A stretch of 64,000 nucleotides of DNA from a virus (Duplodnaviria; Caudoviricetes): the IMG/VR virus record IMGVR_UViG_3300020112_000191, positions 30,234 through 94,233 of that record; one strand, written 5' to 3'. Numbering within the stretch: the stretch's first letter is position 1; each line of letters starts with the position of its first letter. Position numbers and translations under genes: made by a program. This document shows, piece after piece, positions 36,415-46,211 of this stretch. The notes under the pieces were generated by a model, which saw nothing but the letters and a program-made list of their open reading frames with translations, was not told where the DNA came from and ran no database searches.

Positions 36415-39400
36415 CTATTTTAATTCTCCACCATCTATGAGCTTCAGATATACTCTTGTCTTCTTAGATGTGTTACCTACGTAAATAGCATCAGTCTTAT
36501 CTCTTGCTGCTGTTGTGAATGCGCAGTTAGCTATAGACTGCTCTACGCTGAACTTGCCATTATTGAAATACAATGCTATAGTGCCGGTTCCGATAACGTT
36601 TCCAATTGTAGTCGATCCTTCACGAATTGTTACTGCCAATTGCGCCATTCTTGTGTCGTAATTATTTGTAACAAATACCTTTACAGGAATTATAGCTTCT
36701 CCTTCTTCAGAAGCTACGTATTCCTTTTTGTATTGTATCGCTCCATGAGAATAACTAGAATTGCTTATTGTACTCTGTCCATCTCCCAAGCCATAAGGCA
36801 TTGTAAACGTTGTATTAGATTCGTATTGTTCGCCATCGCTCACCAACTTAACATTCGCTGCAGCTGAGTAAGTATTCTTTGCTCTTATTGTTTTTATGAT
36901 TAAGTCTTGATTACTGTCTGGCCTATAGTATCCTCTAGGTAAAATATTTATAGTTACATTTTCAAGTTCTTTCTCTGATTCAACAACTAAGCCATAAAGA
37001 ACTCTTGCTACTTTAGTATATGCATCCTTCTGAACAAGAGAATCTTCTCCAGTAAGTGATAGCCAATCTGGGCCTACATAAGACTTAGAATAAGTATTTG
37101 TAGGCTTCTTGTCTGCCAATGCATTCTTTGCTATGCCAAAAGCTTCATTATTGATTGATCCAATCGTTCCAGTAGTATCTCTGGTTAAGAATACCTGCGG
37201 TACTGAACTAGCCAAATCTATATTAGTAGAGAGGCCCAATGATGTACCACCGATATGCTTGATTATTTGCTTATTTTTGTCTCCAGCTTTGATAATATAC
37301 GAATGTATAAGAGTCGTATATTTACCATAGTTTGAATCAGATCTGATATATGACTTATTGGTAATATTCTTGTATCCGATATTAGGAGAAATTGTAACTA
37401 TCGGTTTGTTGGATCCATCAATTCCAAGGAAATCATAGTAACCATAATTTATGTTAAATGGAACATTATCCTTGATCATGAATGTAATCTTCAGATCGAG
37501 ATTTTCAGTTTCAGCCTTTCCGTTGTATCTAAGATCTATAGCACTTTCGCTGTTTGTTGAATAAGAAAAATACTTCTTAGATGTTTCGTCGAGAGATACT
37601 GAAATATTCTCATTATCGAATAGATTCTTATCGAATGTACTTATAGACCAATCGTCAAGAGGCTCCAAAATATTAGTGCTTGCATTGTCGAATTTAAACT
37701 CAATAGTATGATCTTCATTGTCGTACATTGTGAATGATCCGATACTCTCGTCAATATGAACTGAACCAGAATCTATGCCATTACGCTTTGTATAAGTAGT
37801 CTTCTTTGCTACAGGATCAATTGTACCATTAAAACCGCCATAAGAGAACTGCTGGAATGGCGTTACTACATTTACATATAAAGTAACATTAGCTTTAGTC
37901 TTTGTCTTTATAGTCTTCAGACGCCAGCTCTGATTGCTAGTTACAATGTTATCTGTAGTGTAATCATACTTAATTTCTTCACCATTCTTAATCATGTACC
38001 AATAGCACTCTTCAGTATCAGTTGGATGCGTACCATATTTAGCTTCTGGAACATTCTTGCTACTTGTTGCTGAGCTAAACTTATAGAATGCCTTATTAGT
38101 CGTTGACTGAATTTCTATCTCTTTACCATTCTCTACTGTATAGAATTTAACAGTAAATTCCTTATGTACTGGAATTGCGTTAAAATCTCTATTTCCAGCC
38201 GCAGTAACAGTAATCTTGTCTCCAGGCTTATATGTTACTGTAGCACCAGTAGAATTCGTTGATGTCCATACATTGTAAGTACAAGTGCTTGTTGCAGCTG
38301 GCAATGCTGGCATTACAATAATATCGTCAACGGCAACTGTCTTGGTATAATCCTTAATAATCTCGTACTGAATGTTTGTCTGCGTAAGCAGTTCGCCTTT
38401 GTAGAATGAATAAGTATTATTCGCTGGCTTAGCCTTATATTCAGCAGTAAGAGTAACGTCACATGTAATAGGCTTATTCTTGTTGAAATTAACTGGATCA
38501 GTATTTATTTCTTCGAGATTATAGCCAACCTTCTGAGGAAATGTATAAATATCCGAATCAGTAAGATATGAACCATAGCTCTTTGTAATCGCTTTCGACT
38601 CTTCAGTCTCTTCAGTTCCGTCAGACTTAACATAATGACTATTCCATTTTACATCGTACAAATTCAAACTATACATGGCAGTAACTACGATATTGTCACC
38701 AATAATCTTATCGGTAGCTACAACCTCTTTCTTATCTGTATATTGTGGATACTTGGTTGTGTCGTTAAATTCAAAACACCAATTTTCAAATGTACCACCA
38801 GTAATAGTTTTATCTATACCAGTCTGATTGTTAATGAGAGTTAAGATGCTATCTCCATATTTACACTTGATATCTGCTACAACTTTAAGGTTAACCGGTG
38901 TTCTCTCCCCTGCAATCTTGGACATCTTGCGTACTTTGAGAGTATAGATGATATCGCTAATTTCTGCATTTATGACCAGATTACTCTTAACTGAATCGAA
39001 GCTTTCTTTCCATGCTACGAACTTCTTACCAGCTGGAACCGCTGCAGATATCTGCGCTGTTGTTGGTGCTGTAGCGAATGAACCATAAGGAACGTCTGTT
39101 TGCTCTTTGACAGTCGTAGAACCAACTTTAAATGTAACCTTAAACTTGTTTACATTAAGAAATCCAGTGATTGTTGTATTGCCAGTTACTATTGCTGGAA
39201 TAGTTGACCATCCACTAAATGTATAACCAGTCTTTGCTGGAACATCTGGAGTCTTTGTGGCTTCTCCATACTTCTGATTGTATGATTTGTAGAGAACGCC
39301 ATCGAGTACATATTTAACAGTAAATTCTTTAGCTATATGCTGATAATACAAATTAACGTCACTTGTTAATTTATCTTCAGGACTATAACCATTAAGAGTA

Positions 39401-40224
39401 CCAAGACCATCGCTAGCTGAAGAATAATTCTTTCTATAAGTTGCGTCAGTCTGTGCTATTGCATCCTGAATCAATGTACCATAAGCTACGCCATTTATTT
39501 GCCAAGCAATATCTGAACTAATTTCTTCTGTAGCATGAGCATATATCGAGAATGTATCTGTATCATAGAAAGCAGTCATCTCAATATCTGATGTTACATT
39601 TGTCAACAACTGAGGATTCTTATCGTACTCTCTAAAATGTTTGCCTTCGAGTAGCTTCTCTACCTTCTCTCTAGCAGCAGTAACTTTGTTAAGAATATCT
39701 GAACCACTATCTACAATATTAGAATAGAATACGAAATCGTCTTCCATCTTCACTTTTACCTTGTAAGTATTAATCTGCCACTGAGCAGTTATTACACAGT
39801 TTCTAGTAACATTTTTCCATTCGTCTGAATCCCAGCCAGTGAACCGATAATTGTCACGTTTGAATGTTGGTGGAACCGCAGAATCACCTCTACGAACTGA
39901 TTGCTCTACAGCTTCACCAAGCCAGCCATCTACGAATGTTACTGAATAGCTCTTGAAATGATCTTTATTTGCAGCCTGATAAATTGTATCTTCATCTGGT
40001 TGCTCAAGAAGCTCACAGGTGTCGTATAAAGCCGCTTCTACTCGATGTGCTGCTTGTACATCCTCTGGAGTCATAAAGGGCTTAAAAAGGCCATCTTTCT
40101 CGTCAAAGAAACTATGGAGAGCATCCACAAACATGAGTCTCTTAACGCAGCAGAAACTCTCGTATCCGTAGTGAACAAGCTTGTCCATAAGTTTCATGTA
40201 TCCATTCTCTATAACGTTAGCCAT
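36415..40224 (-). CDS. Tail hub B-like N-terminal domain fused to InlB B-repeat (Listeria-Bacteroides repeat) domains; putative adhesin/fibre
   Basis: Start re-called at MANVIENG; after about 90 aa come repeated YxVTF...P.P.K.GY.F.GW....V..N..I.A units (e.g. TPDVPAKTGYTFSGW, PPTFKRDNYRFTGW). Confidence 0.7.
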   Translation of the reverse strand: MANVIENGYMKLMDKLVHYGYESFCCVKRLMFVDALHSFFDEKDGLFKPFMTPEDVQAAHRVEAALYDTCELLEQPDEDTIYQAANKDHFKSYSVTFVDGWLGEAVEQSVRRGDSAVPPTFKRDNYRFTGWDSDEWKNVTRNCVITAQWQINTYKVKVKMEDDFVFYSNIVDSGSDILNKVTAAREKVEKLLEGKHFREYDKNPQLLTNVTSDIEMTAFYDTDTFSIYAHATEEISSDIAWQINGVAYGTLIQDAIAQTDATYRKNYSSASDGLGTLNGYSPEDKLTSDVNLYYQHIAKEFTVKYVLDGVLYKSYNQKYGEATKTPDVPAKTGYTFSGWSTIPAIVTGNTTITGFLNVNKFKVTFKVGSTTVKEQTDVPYGSFATAPTTAQISAAVPAGKKFVAWKESFDSVKSNLVINAEISDIIYTLKVRKMSKIAGERTPVNLKVVADIKCKYGDSILTLINNQTGIDKTITGGTFENWCFEFNDTTKYPQYTDKKEVVATDKIIGDNIVVTAMYSLNLYDVKWNSHYVKSDGTEETEESKAITKSYGSYLTDSDIYTFPQKVGYNLEEINTDPVNFNKNKPITCDVTLTAEYKAKPANNTYSFYKGELLTQTNIQYEIIKDYTKTVAVDDIIVMPALPAATSTCTYNVWTSTNSTGATVTYKPGDKITVTAAGNRDFNAIPVHKEFTVKFYTVENGKEIEIQSTTNKAFYKFSSATSSKNVPEAKYGTHPTDTEECYWYMIKNGEEIKYDYTTDNIVTSNQSWRLKTIKTKTKANVTLYVNVVTPFQQFSYGGFNGTIDPVAKKTTYTKRNGIDSGSVHIDESIGSFTMYDNEDHTIEFKFDNASTNILEPLDDWSISTFDKNLFDNENISVSLDETSKKYFSYSTNSESAIDLRYNGKAETENLDLKITFMIKDNVPFNINYGYYDFLGIDGSNKPIVTISPNIGYKNITNKSYIRSDSNYGKYTTLIHSYIIKAGDKNKQIIKHIGGTSLGLSTNIDLASSVPQVFLTRDTTGTIGSINNEAFGIAKNALADKKPTNTYSKSYVGPDWLSLTGEDSLVQKDAYTKVARVLYGLVVESEKELENVTINILPRGYYRPDSNQDLIIKTIRAKNTYSAAANVKLVSDGEQYESNTTFTMPYGLGDGQSTISNSSYSHGAIQYKKEYVASEEGEAIIPVKVFVTNNYDTRMAQLAVTIREGSTTIGNVIGTGTIALYFNNGKFSVEQSIANCAFTTAARDKTDAIYVGNTSKKTRVYLKLIDGGELK

Positions 40225-40792
40225 TGCAGTTACATTTGATTGTTGACTTAACATTGCGAATAAAATACTTCTTGTAGAGGATACAAGCCTGTGTATAATT
40301 GCCAGCCTTAATTTCTACTTCGAGAGCCCTAAGCTTAATAAATTCGTTAATGAATTCATCTGGAATCTGCTTATTGTCAACGTCGAATTCCATCATCTTG
40401 ATTGTAGAGGCTACCTTCTTGTAGAGAGGCTGAATATTGCAAACTGCCGTAATTGTATAGATATTATCCATACCGCAAGGAGTATCTGATGTAGGAGTAC
40501 CAGATGCCTTCAAGATGATAACGAAAAGCCCATTTCTAAAGCTGCCTGGGATCATAAGTTCTTCTGCAAGAATTGAGCCATCTATCGTCTTAGCGTTCTT
40601 GAACGACTCATGGTAAGCGTACTGGCCTTCAGTCAGATTTTCTGGCTTCATGCCTTCTTTGTACTGATCTTGATTTACGATCCATAAATCAGAGATAAAT
40701 ACATTCTCGTAATACTCAGCCGATTTAACAGCCGCATTGATGTAAAGAGCCTCGCCACCTTCACCAATGTACGTTTCTTTAATATCTATCAT
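40217..40792 (-). CDS. Tail hub A-like protein
   Basis: Start re-called at MIDIKETY because the track start lies inside a terminator; TPCGMD motif and C-terminal CNCNG; synteny after auxiliary capsid. Confidence 0.65.
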   Translation of the reverse strand: MIDIKETYIGEGGEALYINAAVKSAEYYENVFISDLWIVNQDQYKEGMKPENLTEGQYAYHESFKNAKTIDGSILAEELMIPGSFRNGLFVIILKASGTPTSDTPCGMDNIYTITAVCNIQPLYKKVASTIKMMEFDVDNKQIPDEFINEFIKLRALEVEIKAGNYTQACILYKKYFIRNVKSTIKCNCNG

Positions 40793-40800
40793 ATAGTAAT

Positions 40801-40835
40801 AAAAAAAAGGGAGCGGGCGATCTTGCCCACCCCCC
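40801..40835 (-). terminator. Intrinsic terminator after the auxiliary capsid gene
   Basis: Minus strand GGGGGTGGGC-aagatc-GCCCGCTCCC followed by T8. Confidence 0.85.
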
Positions 40836-40875
40836 AAAATGTTTATATTTTGATTATTGAACTAAAGAGTTCTGA

Positions 40876-41967
40876 TTAAGCCATTGTATTCTTAGCCTGC
40901 TCGTTGTAAGCTGCATCCTGGCCGAGGTAAGCGTTACCTGGCTTAAGAGCCTTAAGAATAGCCTTAGTCTGTGCGCCGAGCTGACCGAGAGCTGCATCCT
41001 TAGTAGTGTATGTAGCGTTAGTAGTACCAGGATTCAATACAGCGATCAGAAGATCCTTCTCTGACTTCTCTGGGTTAACGCCATCACCAATGAATGCGTA
41101 GTGTACAGAGATCAAATCGTAATCCTTCTTCTCATCAACGAGGCCCTTAGTTGGATTGATATTTGGATAACCTACACCACGATACTGATCACCACGATTT
41201 CCGAGGCAGAACCACTCGTAATCAGAGATCTGACGGCCTGAAGGAATCTTGTTACCATTAACGATTGGAACCTGAAGAACCTGCTCGTCAGTTGTAGAGA
41301 TTATGCGAACCTGAATATCTGAGCTGATGTCACCATCAACCTCAGTGCAACGGCAACGAAGGCAAGCGTCATTCTTAACGCCTACGATGTGCTTACCGAG
41401 ATTTTCAGTGATTGTGCCGTTAGTTGTATCGAAAGTGAAGAGATCCTTAGATGCCTCACGAGCCCAAGACTTCTTCATCTCAGCAACGAGAGCCTTAAGC
41501 TCAGTTGCGATAACTGCTGAACCAGCTGTGATTGCGCACTCTTTAACGTAAACGTCTTCGTCAGACTGGCCGAACATGCCACGAAGATTCATACGAAGAA
41601 TAAGGGTGTCACCTACCGCTACAGTACCAGGCTGTGCAGAAGCAAGAGTAGCACTAGCTACATTGAACTTCTGAGTATAGCCAGCGATACGACCAGCTGC
41701 GCAAGCGTTGATATTGATTATATTGGTAATGAGATCTGAACGAAGAACATCACCAAGTGCGTTCTGTGAGAACAAGAATGGAACGCCGTTAGTAGTTGCC
41801 TCAGAACCATTGAATGCTGCTGATGCTGGGTGAGCCTTGTGACCTACGCCTACAGCTGGAACTGTTTCAGCCTTTACTGCTGTTGCCAAAGCACGATTGT
41901 TTGCTGCTGTAACGAGTTTTTCTGCTACGTAAAGCTGTGATACAGCATTTGCATTGAAAGTTGCCAT
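40876..41967 (-). CDS. Auxiliary capsid protein
   Basis: 363 aa; MATF...V.QLYVA, RSDLI and DYEWFCLGNRGDQYRGVGYP motifs; strongly biased (high-expression) codon use like the MCP. Confidence 0.75.
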   Translation of the reverse strand: MATFNANAVSQLYVAEKLVTAANNRALATAVKAETVPAVGVGHKAHPASAAFNGSEATTNGVPFLFSQNALGDVLRSDLITNIININACAAGRIAGYTQKFNVASATLASAQPGTVAVGDTLILRMNLRGMFGQSDEDVYVKECAITAGSAVIATELKALVAEMKKSWAREASKDLFTFDTTNGTITENLGKHIVGVKNDACLRCRCTEVDGDISSDIQVRIISTTDEQVLQVPIVNGNKIPSGRQISDYEWFCLGNRGDQYRGVGYPNINPTKGLVDEKKDYDLISVHYAFIGDGVNPEKSEKDLLIAVLNPGTTNATYTTKDAALGQLGAQTKAILKALKPGNAYLGQDAAYNEQAKNTMA

Positions 41968-41993
41968 CTTTAATATTGTATTAAGTTAATGTA

Positions 41994-42632
41994 TTACTGA
42001 CGAGCGTTAATGGCCAGCTCGACAGCCTTGTTTAAAATTTCGTTGTGGATTGATTCATCTACGGCAATCTCCGTATTTGAATTACAGCCGCAAATATATA
42101 AGTTATTTTCCAAATCTCCAAATATTATTGGCGAAGGTTTTGTTAAAACTGAAAATTTATAAGTTGTTAACAAATCCTTGCTATACAGGCGAACTTTTCC
42201 GTCTGCGTAATATTTGACAACTCTTCTGGAATTTGGGCATCTGAATGGATCATCTAATGTACTCTCCAGTGAATCTTGAGAGATTGGCTTTACAATGTAT
42301 TTGCCAGCGTTACCTTTCGCTGAGTCCTTAAGTACAAATAGAAAATCGTCCATTTCTACTGGAATTTCATACATGTAGAATGACCCATCTTTGCCTTTAT
42401 TATAATTTGCGATAGAGAGATCTACATCGCTGATTAGCGTCTGGAGAGCCTTCATTGACTTCTCGTCCTTCTCAAAGCTTCCGTTATAGATCGCCTTTAT
42501 GACTAACTCTTGAGCCTCTGTAAATAATACCGATTTCTCGTATTCATTCAATCCATCAATGATAGAACGCTCATTCTTTGTATATATCTGAATAAGCGTA
42601 TCAAATCTGTTAGAAAGCTCTTCGTTTGTCAT
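41994..42632 (-). CDS. Tail ring protein (R3-like)
   Basis: MTNEELSNRFD, LNEYEKSVLFTEAQ and IHNEILNKAVELA; paralogue of the adjacent gene. Confidence 0.75.
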   Translation of the reverse strand: MTNEELSNRFDTLIQIYTKNERSIIDGLNEYEKSVLFTEAQELVIKAIYNGSFEKDEKSMKALQTLISDVDLSIANYNKGKDGSFYMYEIPVEMDDFLFVLKDSAKGNAGKYIVKPISQDSLESTLDDPFRCPNSRRVVKYYADGKVRLYSKDLLTTYKFSVLTKPSPIIFGDLENNLYICGCNSNTEIAVDESIHNEILNKAVELAINARQ

Positions 42633-42634
42633 AA

Positions 42635-43456
42635 TTATCTAGTTGGGCGTTGAGCAGCAGCTGCAGCCATCATCTGAGCCATGTTGCCCATCTGTGTGCC
42701 AGAGTTGTTGCCAACAGTGATTATTGAGTTAATATCGCCAGCGTAAGCAGCCTTAGCAAGCTCTACAGCACGATCAACTATCTGGTGATGAAGATTTGGA
42801 TGCAACTCGCAAGGAAGGCCTATTGCAGATGCTACAATCTTGTTATCGTAGTCGATTGTATCTCCAACAGTCCAGCCATCAATCGAGAGACCTTCTTCGA
42901 CATCTGCAAGAATAATTGGGCGAGCCCTACGAATGTAGCGAATTCTGCTCTTTGTGAGAACCTTATTTACTGCGCCAAGATATTCAGCAGATTCGTACAT
43001 TGAAGATCCGTTATTAGGAATCTTCCATACGATACCTTTTGGTGGTCGAGCCATTATCTTTGACATCTTATTTTGGTACTCAGCAACGCTCAGAGGAATT
43101 ACTGGAAGCTGATTGCTCTTTGAGTCAACTACAGTCTCTCCAATAATAGCGTAAACATCCGCTGGATAGCTGCCAACATAAGCATTATCATTCATCATAA
43201 TAACGCTGCTAGTTGGCTTTGAGAGCTGTGATTCTTTGACCGTCAAAAGAGATACTTCCATCTGCTCTTTAACACTAGAATCCTCGAAGCCTTCCATCTG
43301 TTTATTATTCTTGGGGCTGAACACCGCTTCAGTGAGCTGGTGTTCGGCCATTGTCAAGAATACAGATTTATCATACTCGTTGATTCCACCAGTTTGATTA
43401 GATCCAATGTTATTCCACTGGATATCAAACTCATTGGACATTTCTTGTACGTTCAT
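42635..43456 (-). CDS. Tail ring protein (R4/R5-like)
   Basis: MNVQEMSNEFD, INEYDKSVFLTMAE and CELHPNLHHQIVDRAVELA. Confidence 0.75.
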   Translation of the reverse strand: MNVQEMSNEFDIQWNNIGSNQTGGINEYDKSVFLTMAEHQLTEAVFSPKNNKQMEGFEDSSVKEQMEVSLLTVKESQLSKPTSSVIMMNDNAYVGSYPADVYAIIGETVVDSKSNQLPVIPLSVAEYQNKMSKIMARPPKGIVWKIPNNGSSMYESAEYLGAVNKVLTKSRIRYIRRARPIILADVEEGLSIDGWTVGDTIDYDNKIVASAIGLPCELHPNLHHQIVDRAVELAKAAYAGDINSIITVGNNSGTQMGNMAQMMAAAAAQRPTR

Positions 43457-44544
43457 TACAATTCTGATTTCTGTTCGAGAGACATCAGCAATGTGTTCAT
43501 GCGAGGCAAATTCAAATACTTCGCAGCATTTGTAAGAGTTGACTCTTCGCCAGTATCACACAATGGGCTGTTGTCGCTCTTCAAATAATACAAGTTATTT
43601 CTCTTTGAAATAAGGCCCTTGTCAACACACTTCTTGATAAGCACCTTAGTTTCGATATATGGATCTTTGACAACACTTAAAAACATCTTAGCGTTCTGCT
43701 CGATTATATCGCCAATGCGAGTCTGAACAACTTCGAGTGTTGCAAATTTTTCTACTGGTGTTCCTGTAACCGATTCAACAATCAGACGAAGCAATGCTTC
43801 ATTGTCCTCATGCTTTCCGTAAATCTTCCAGCATTCAGCCTTGAGAGACATATTATTCTTGAGAAGTTTAGTCTCTTCAGATGAGTCGACAATCACAAAC
43901 ATATATGTTGCCTTTGGCGCATCCTTAAGCTGCTGAAGACTTGGGCAAATATGCTCTGCATCACCCAGGAGAATCTTATACTTAATATAGTCGTTTGGAT
44001 TAGCAAGATCGAGCCACAAACCAGCTTTGCCGATCTTTACAATATTAGCGTTGTTTTTATTAGCTGTACTCCAGAAGCTTGGTGTATTGCTGAATGTATT
44101 GTTGTACGGAGAAAGCGTACCAGGCTTCAGACCCATATAGTCTTCCAAGAATGCCTCTTCACTTTCAGTAAGGACTCTCTTGAAATTACCAGACTGCAAT
44201 ATTGGGCAGCAGAATGTCTTTACTGCTGTCTCTGAAATACCGCCAGCTAACACATGCTTATTTGATGAGAACAAGCCAGACTGCTTAGGAATGTATCTTA
44301 CGTACAATCTCTGGTGTCTTAAGCAGTTCACTAGATTCACCTTTGGAACGTTTGCATGAACTGCATTACGTGCTGCTTCAGCTGCCGCCTGTGCTGCTGC
44401 TTCAGCCTGTTGCTTCTGCCAGAGAGCCTTCATTTCAGCAAGCTCAGTTGGAGATGGAGCCAACATATCTACGTCTGCAAGTTCAACATTTTCGTTACCG
44501 AAATCTACCTCAGACTCAGTAACAACCTCTTTAGTTTTTGCCAT
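43456..44544 (-). CDS. Conserved crAss protein downstream of the major capsid gene
   Basis: 362 aa; LDLANPNDYIKYKIL motif; synteny. Confidence 0.65.
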   Translation of the reverse strand: MAKTKEVVTESEVDFGNENVELADVDMLAPSPTELAEMKALWQKQQAEAAAQAAAEAARNAVHANVPKVNLVNCLRHQRLYVRYIPKQSGLFSSNKHVLAGGISETAVKTFCCPILQSGNFKRVLTESEEAFLEDYMGLKPGTLSPYNNTFSNTPSFWSTANKNNANIVKIGKAGLWLDLANPNDYIKYKILLGDAEHICPSLQQLKDAPKATYMFVIVDSSEETKLLKNNMSLKAECWKIYGKHEDNEALLRLIVESVTGTPVEKFATLEVVQTRIGDIIEQNAKMFLSVVKDPYIETKVLIKKCVDKGLISKRNNLYYLKSDNSPLCDTGEESTLTNAAKYLNLPRMNTLLMSLEQKSEL

Positions 44545-44571
44545 AATCTTCTGTCTTTAAAATTGATGCCG

Positions 44572-44602
44572 CAAATTTACGGAAAAAGGGCGGCAATACA
44601 AA
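44572..44602 (-). promoter_or_regulatory. Host-type promoter (TTTG-N19-TAAATTTG)
   Basis: -7 at 44579-44572; -33 TTTG at 44602-44599 forms the terminator loop. Confidence 0.8.
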
Positions 44603-44613
44603 ATTACCGCCCT
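44583..44613 (-). terminator. Intrinsic terminator after the major capsid gene
   Basis: Minus strand AGGGCGGTAAT-tttgt-ATTGCCGCCCT followed by TTTT. Confidence 0.85.
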
Positions 44614-44643
44614 CTGTTTTATGTTAAATTTCTTTAAAATTTA

Positions 44644-46179
44644 TTAGCCACGAAGAGCAGCTGGGATCAAGCTCATAGTACGAGTTGGATCGAGTACGCA
44701 GATACCCAACCAAGCCATCTTATGGATTGATGCAGAATCCTCTTCATAAGACATATTGTCGTTGCCAACCTTACCAGTGAATGGGTTAATCAAACCAGAC
44801 TGATAACCACGAACTTCAGGCTTACCCTTAATAGCGCACTTGAAGATATTTGGCTGATCCATTGAACCAAGGTCGAAGATATCGAAACGATAGCTCATTG
44901 CTGGGCCACCTTCTGGATGCATTACCTTGTTGCGTACTGGATCATCATACATAGGATCAACAACAACCTTAAGCTTAAGGCCGTTCATGCCTACATACTC
45001 AGTGAACTGTGGAGCAACAGCCTTGAGAGCGTTGCCAGTGTGACCAGCAGTAGTCTTCTGAACGCCACCGAATGCCTCGTTAGCAGAGAGAGTAGAGTTG
45101 CCAGAAACAGCGTACCAACCTGAGAGAGTATCCTTTACAGCCTTAGAGAACTTAGTTGCACCACGCTCACCAGTGTGAAGAACGAACTCACGCTGTGCGA
45201 AATCCAACTTAGCTGCGCAAAGCTCGTAGAGTGCATCCTCGATCAAGCTGAGAGAGAACTCATTGTAGAACATTGCGTTAGCAAACTCCATCTGCTCGTA
45301 AAGACCAGCACCAGTACGGATAACATTGCCAGACTTGCCGATATTCTTGTACTCGCCATTAGCGTTGCGGTTTGAACGACCGAATACGAGTGCGTTGTTC
45401 TTGTACTCACGGAACTGCTGCTCAACCTGGTAGTCAACATAGTGCATCCAGTAGTTAGCTACGTCAACAGTGTAACGGCCAGCTGTCTGCTTAACGATTG
45501 GAATACCTACAGCGAGCTTCTGATTCCACATAGCACCAGACTCCTTGTGATAAATACGAATTGTAGAGAACTCGTTACGCATTGATGTAGGAGCTGTGAA
45601 AGTGATATCACCAGCCTTGCGTGAAAGTTCCTGCTCAACGAATGCTGCTTCCTTAGAGAAGAGTTCACCAGCGAGAAGACGCTCAGCTGGAACGCCATCG
45701 ATGTTACCACCAGCAAGTTCTACTGAATAAACCCAGTTCATACCTTCCTGGCGTGGCTCACCGAGAATACGGAACTGATAAACTTCGTTAAGGTTACCAA
45801 CGATGAATTCGCCATCTGCAAACCAGTTCTCAGCGAAAACAAGCTCAAATGGAGCTGTGTTAGCACCTACGTTGTAAGATGTGCCATCGTTAACAATGTT
45901 GCCATCTTCATCACGAGCCTCAACGAGAGCGATGTTACGGCGTGAAGAGCCAATTACATCCCATGTGTACTCGTCCTCAGAGTCGAATTCTTTAGTTGGG
46001 AATTTAGAGATCAAAGACTCCATTGTGTTACCATGATGGAATGCGAGAAGCTTAACCATCTGATTAGAAGCCTTCTGAGTGTTGCGCTGGAAAATTGCGC
46101 CAATGTGATTCTTAGTGGTCAACTTTGACCAAGACGTAAAGCTCTTAGAGAACTGATACGCACCAAGCTGTCCTGCCAT
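44644..46179 (-). CDS. Major capsid protein (HK97 fold, crAss-type)
   Basis: 511 aa; LTTKNH, EYTWDVIG, MRNEFSTIR, TGAGLYEQ, TGERG and YDDPVRNK motifs; strong codon bias; follows scaffold. Confidence 0.9.
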   Translation of the reverse strand: MAGQLGAYQFSKSFTSWSKLTTKNHIGAIFQRNTQKASNQMVKLLAFHHGNTMESLISKFPTKEFDSEDEYTWDVIGSSRRNIALVEARDEDGNIVNDGTSYNVGANTAPFELVFAENWFADGEFIVGNLNEVYQFRILGEPRQEGMNWVYSVELAGGNIDGVPAERLLAGELFSKEAAFVEQELSRKAGDITFTAPTSMRNEFSTIRIYHKESGAMWNQKLAVGIPIVKQTAGRYTVDVANYWMHYVDYQVEQQFREYKNNALVFGRSNRNANGEYKNIGKSGNVIRTGAGLYEQMEFANAMFYNEFSLSLIEDALYELCAAKLDFAQREFVLHTGERGATKFSKAVKDTLSGWYAVSGNSTLSANEAFGGVQKTTAGHTGNALKAVAPQFTEYVGMNGLKLKVVVDPMYDDPVRNKVMHPEGGPAMSYRFDIFDLGSMDQPNIFKCAIKGKPEVRGYQSGLINPFTGKVGNDNMSYEEDSASIHKMAWLGICVLDPTRTMSLIPAALRG

Positions 46180-46211
46180 AATTATGTTAAATTTAGATTT
46201 TTGTTTTTATT

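Noticed and set aside
40793-40837. N-terminal extension MGGGQDRPLPFFYYY of the hub A-like ORF
   Set aside because: It is a translation of the terminator hairpin and T-tract; the start was re-called at 40792. Similar over-extensions were trimmed at 40254, 48710 and 53306.
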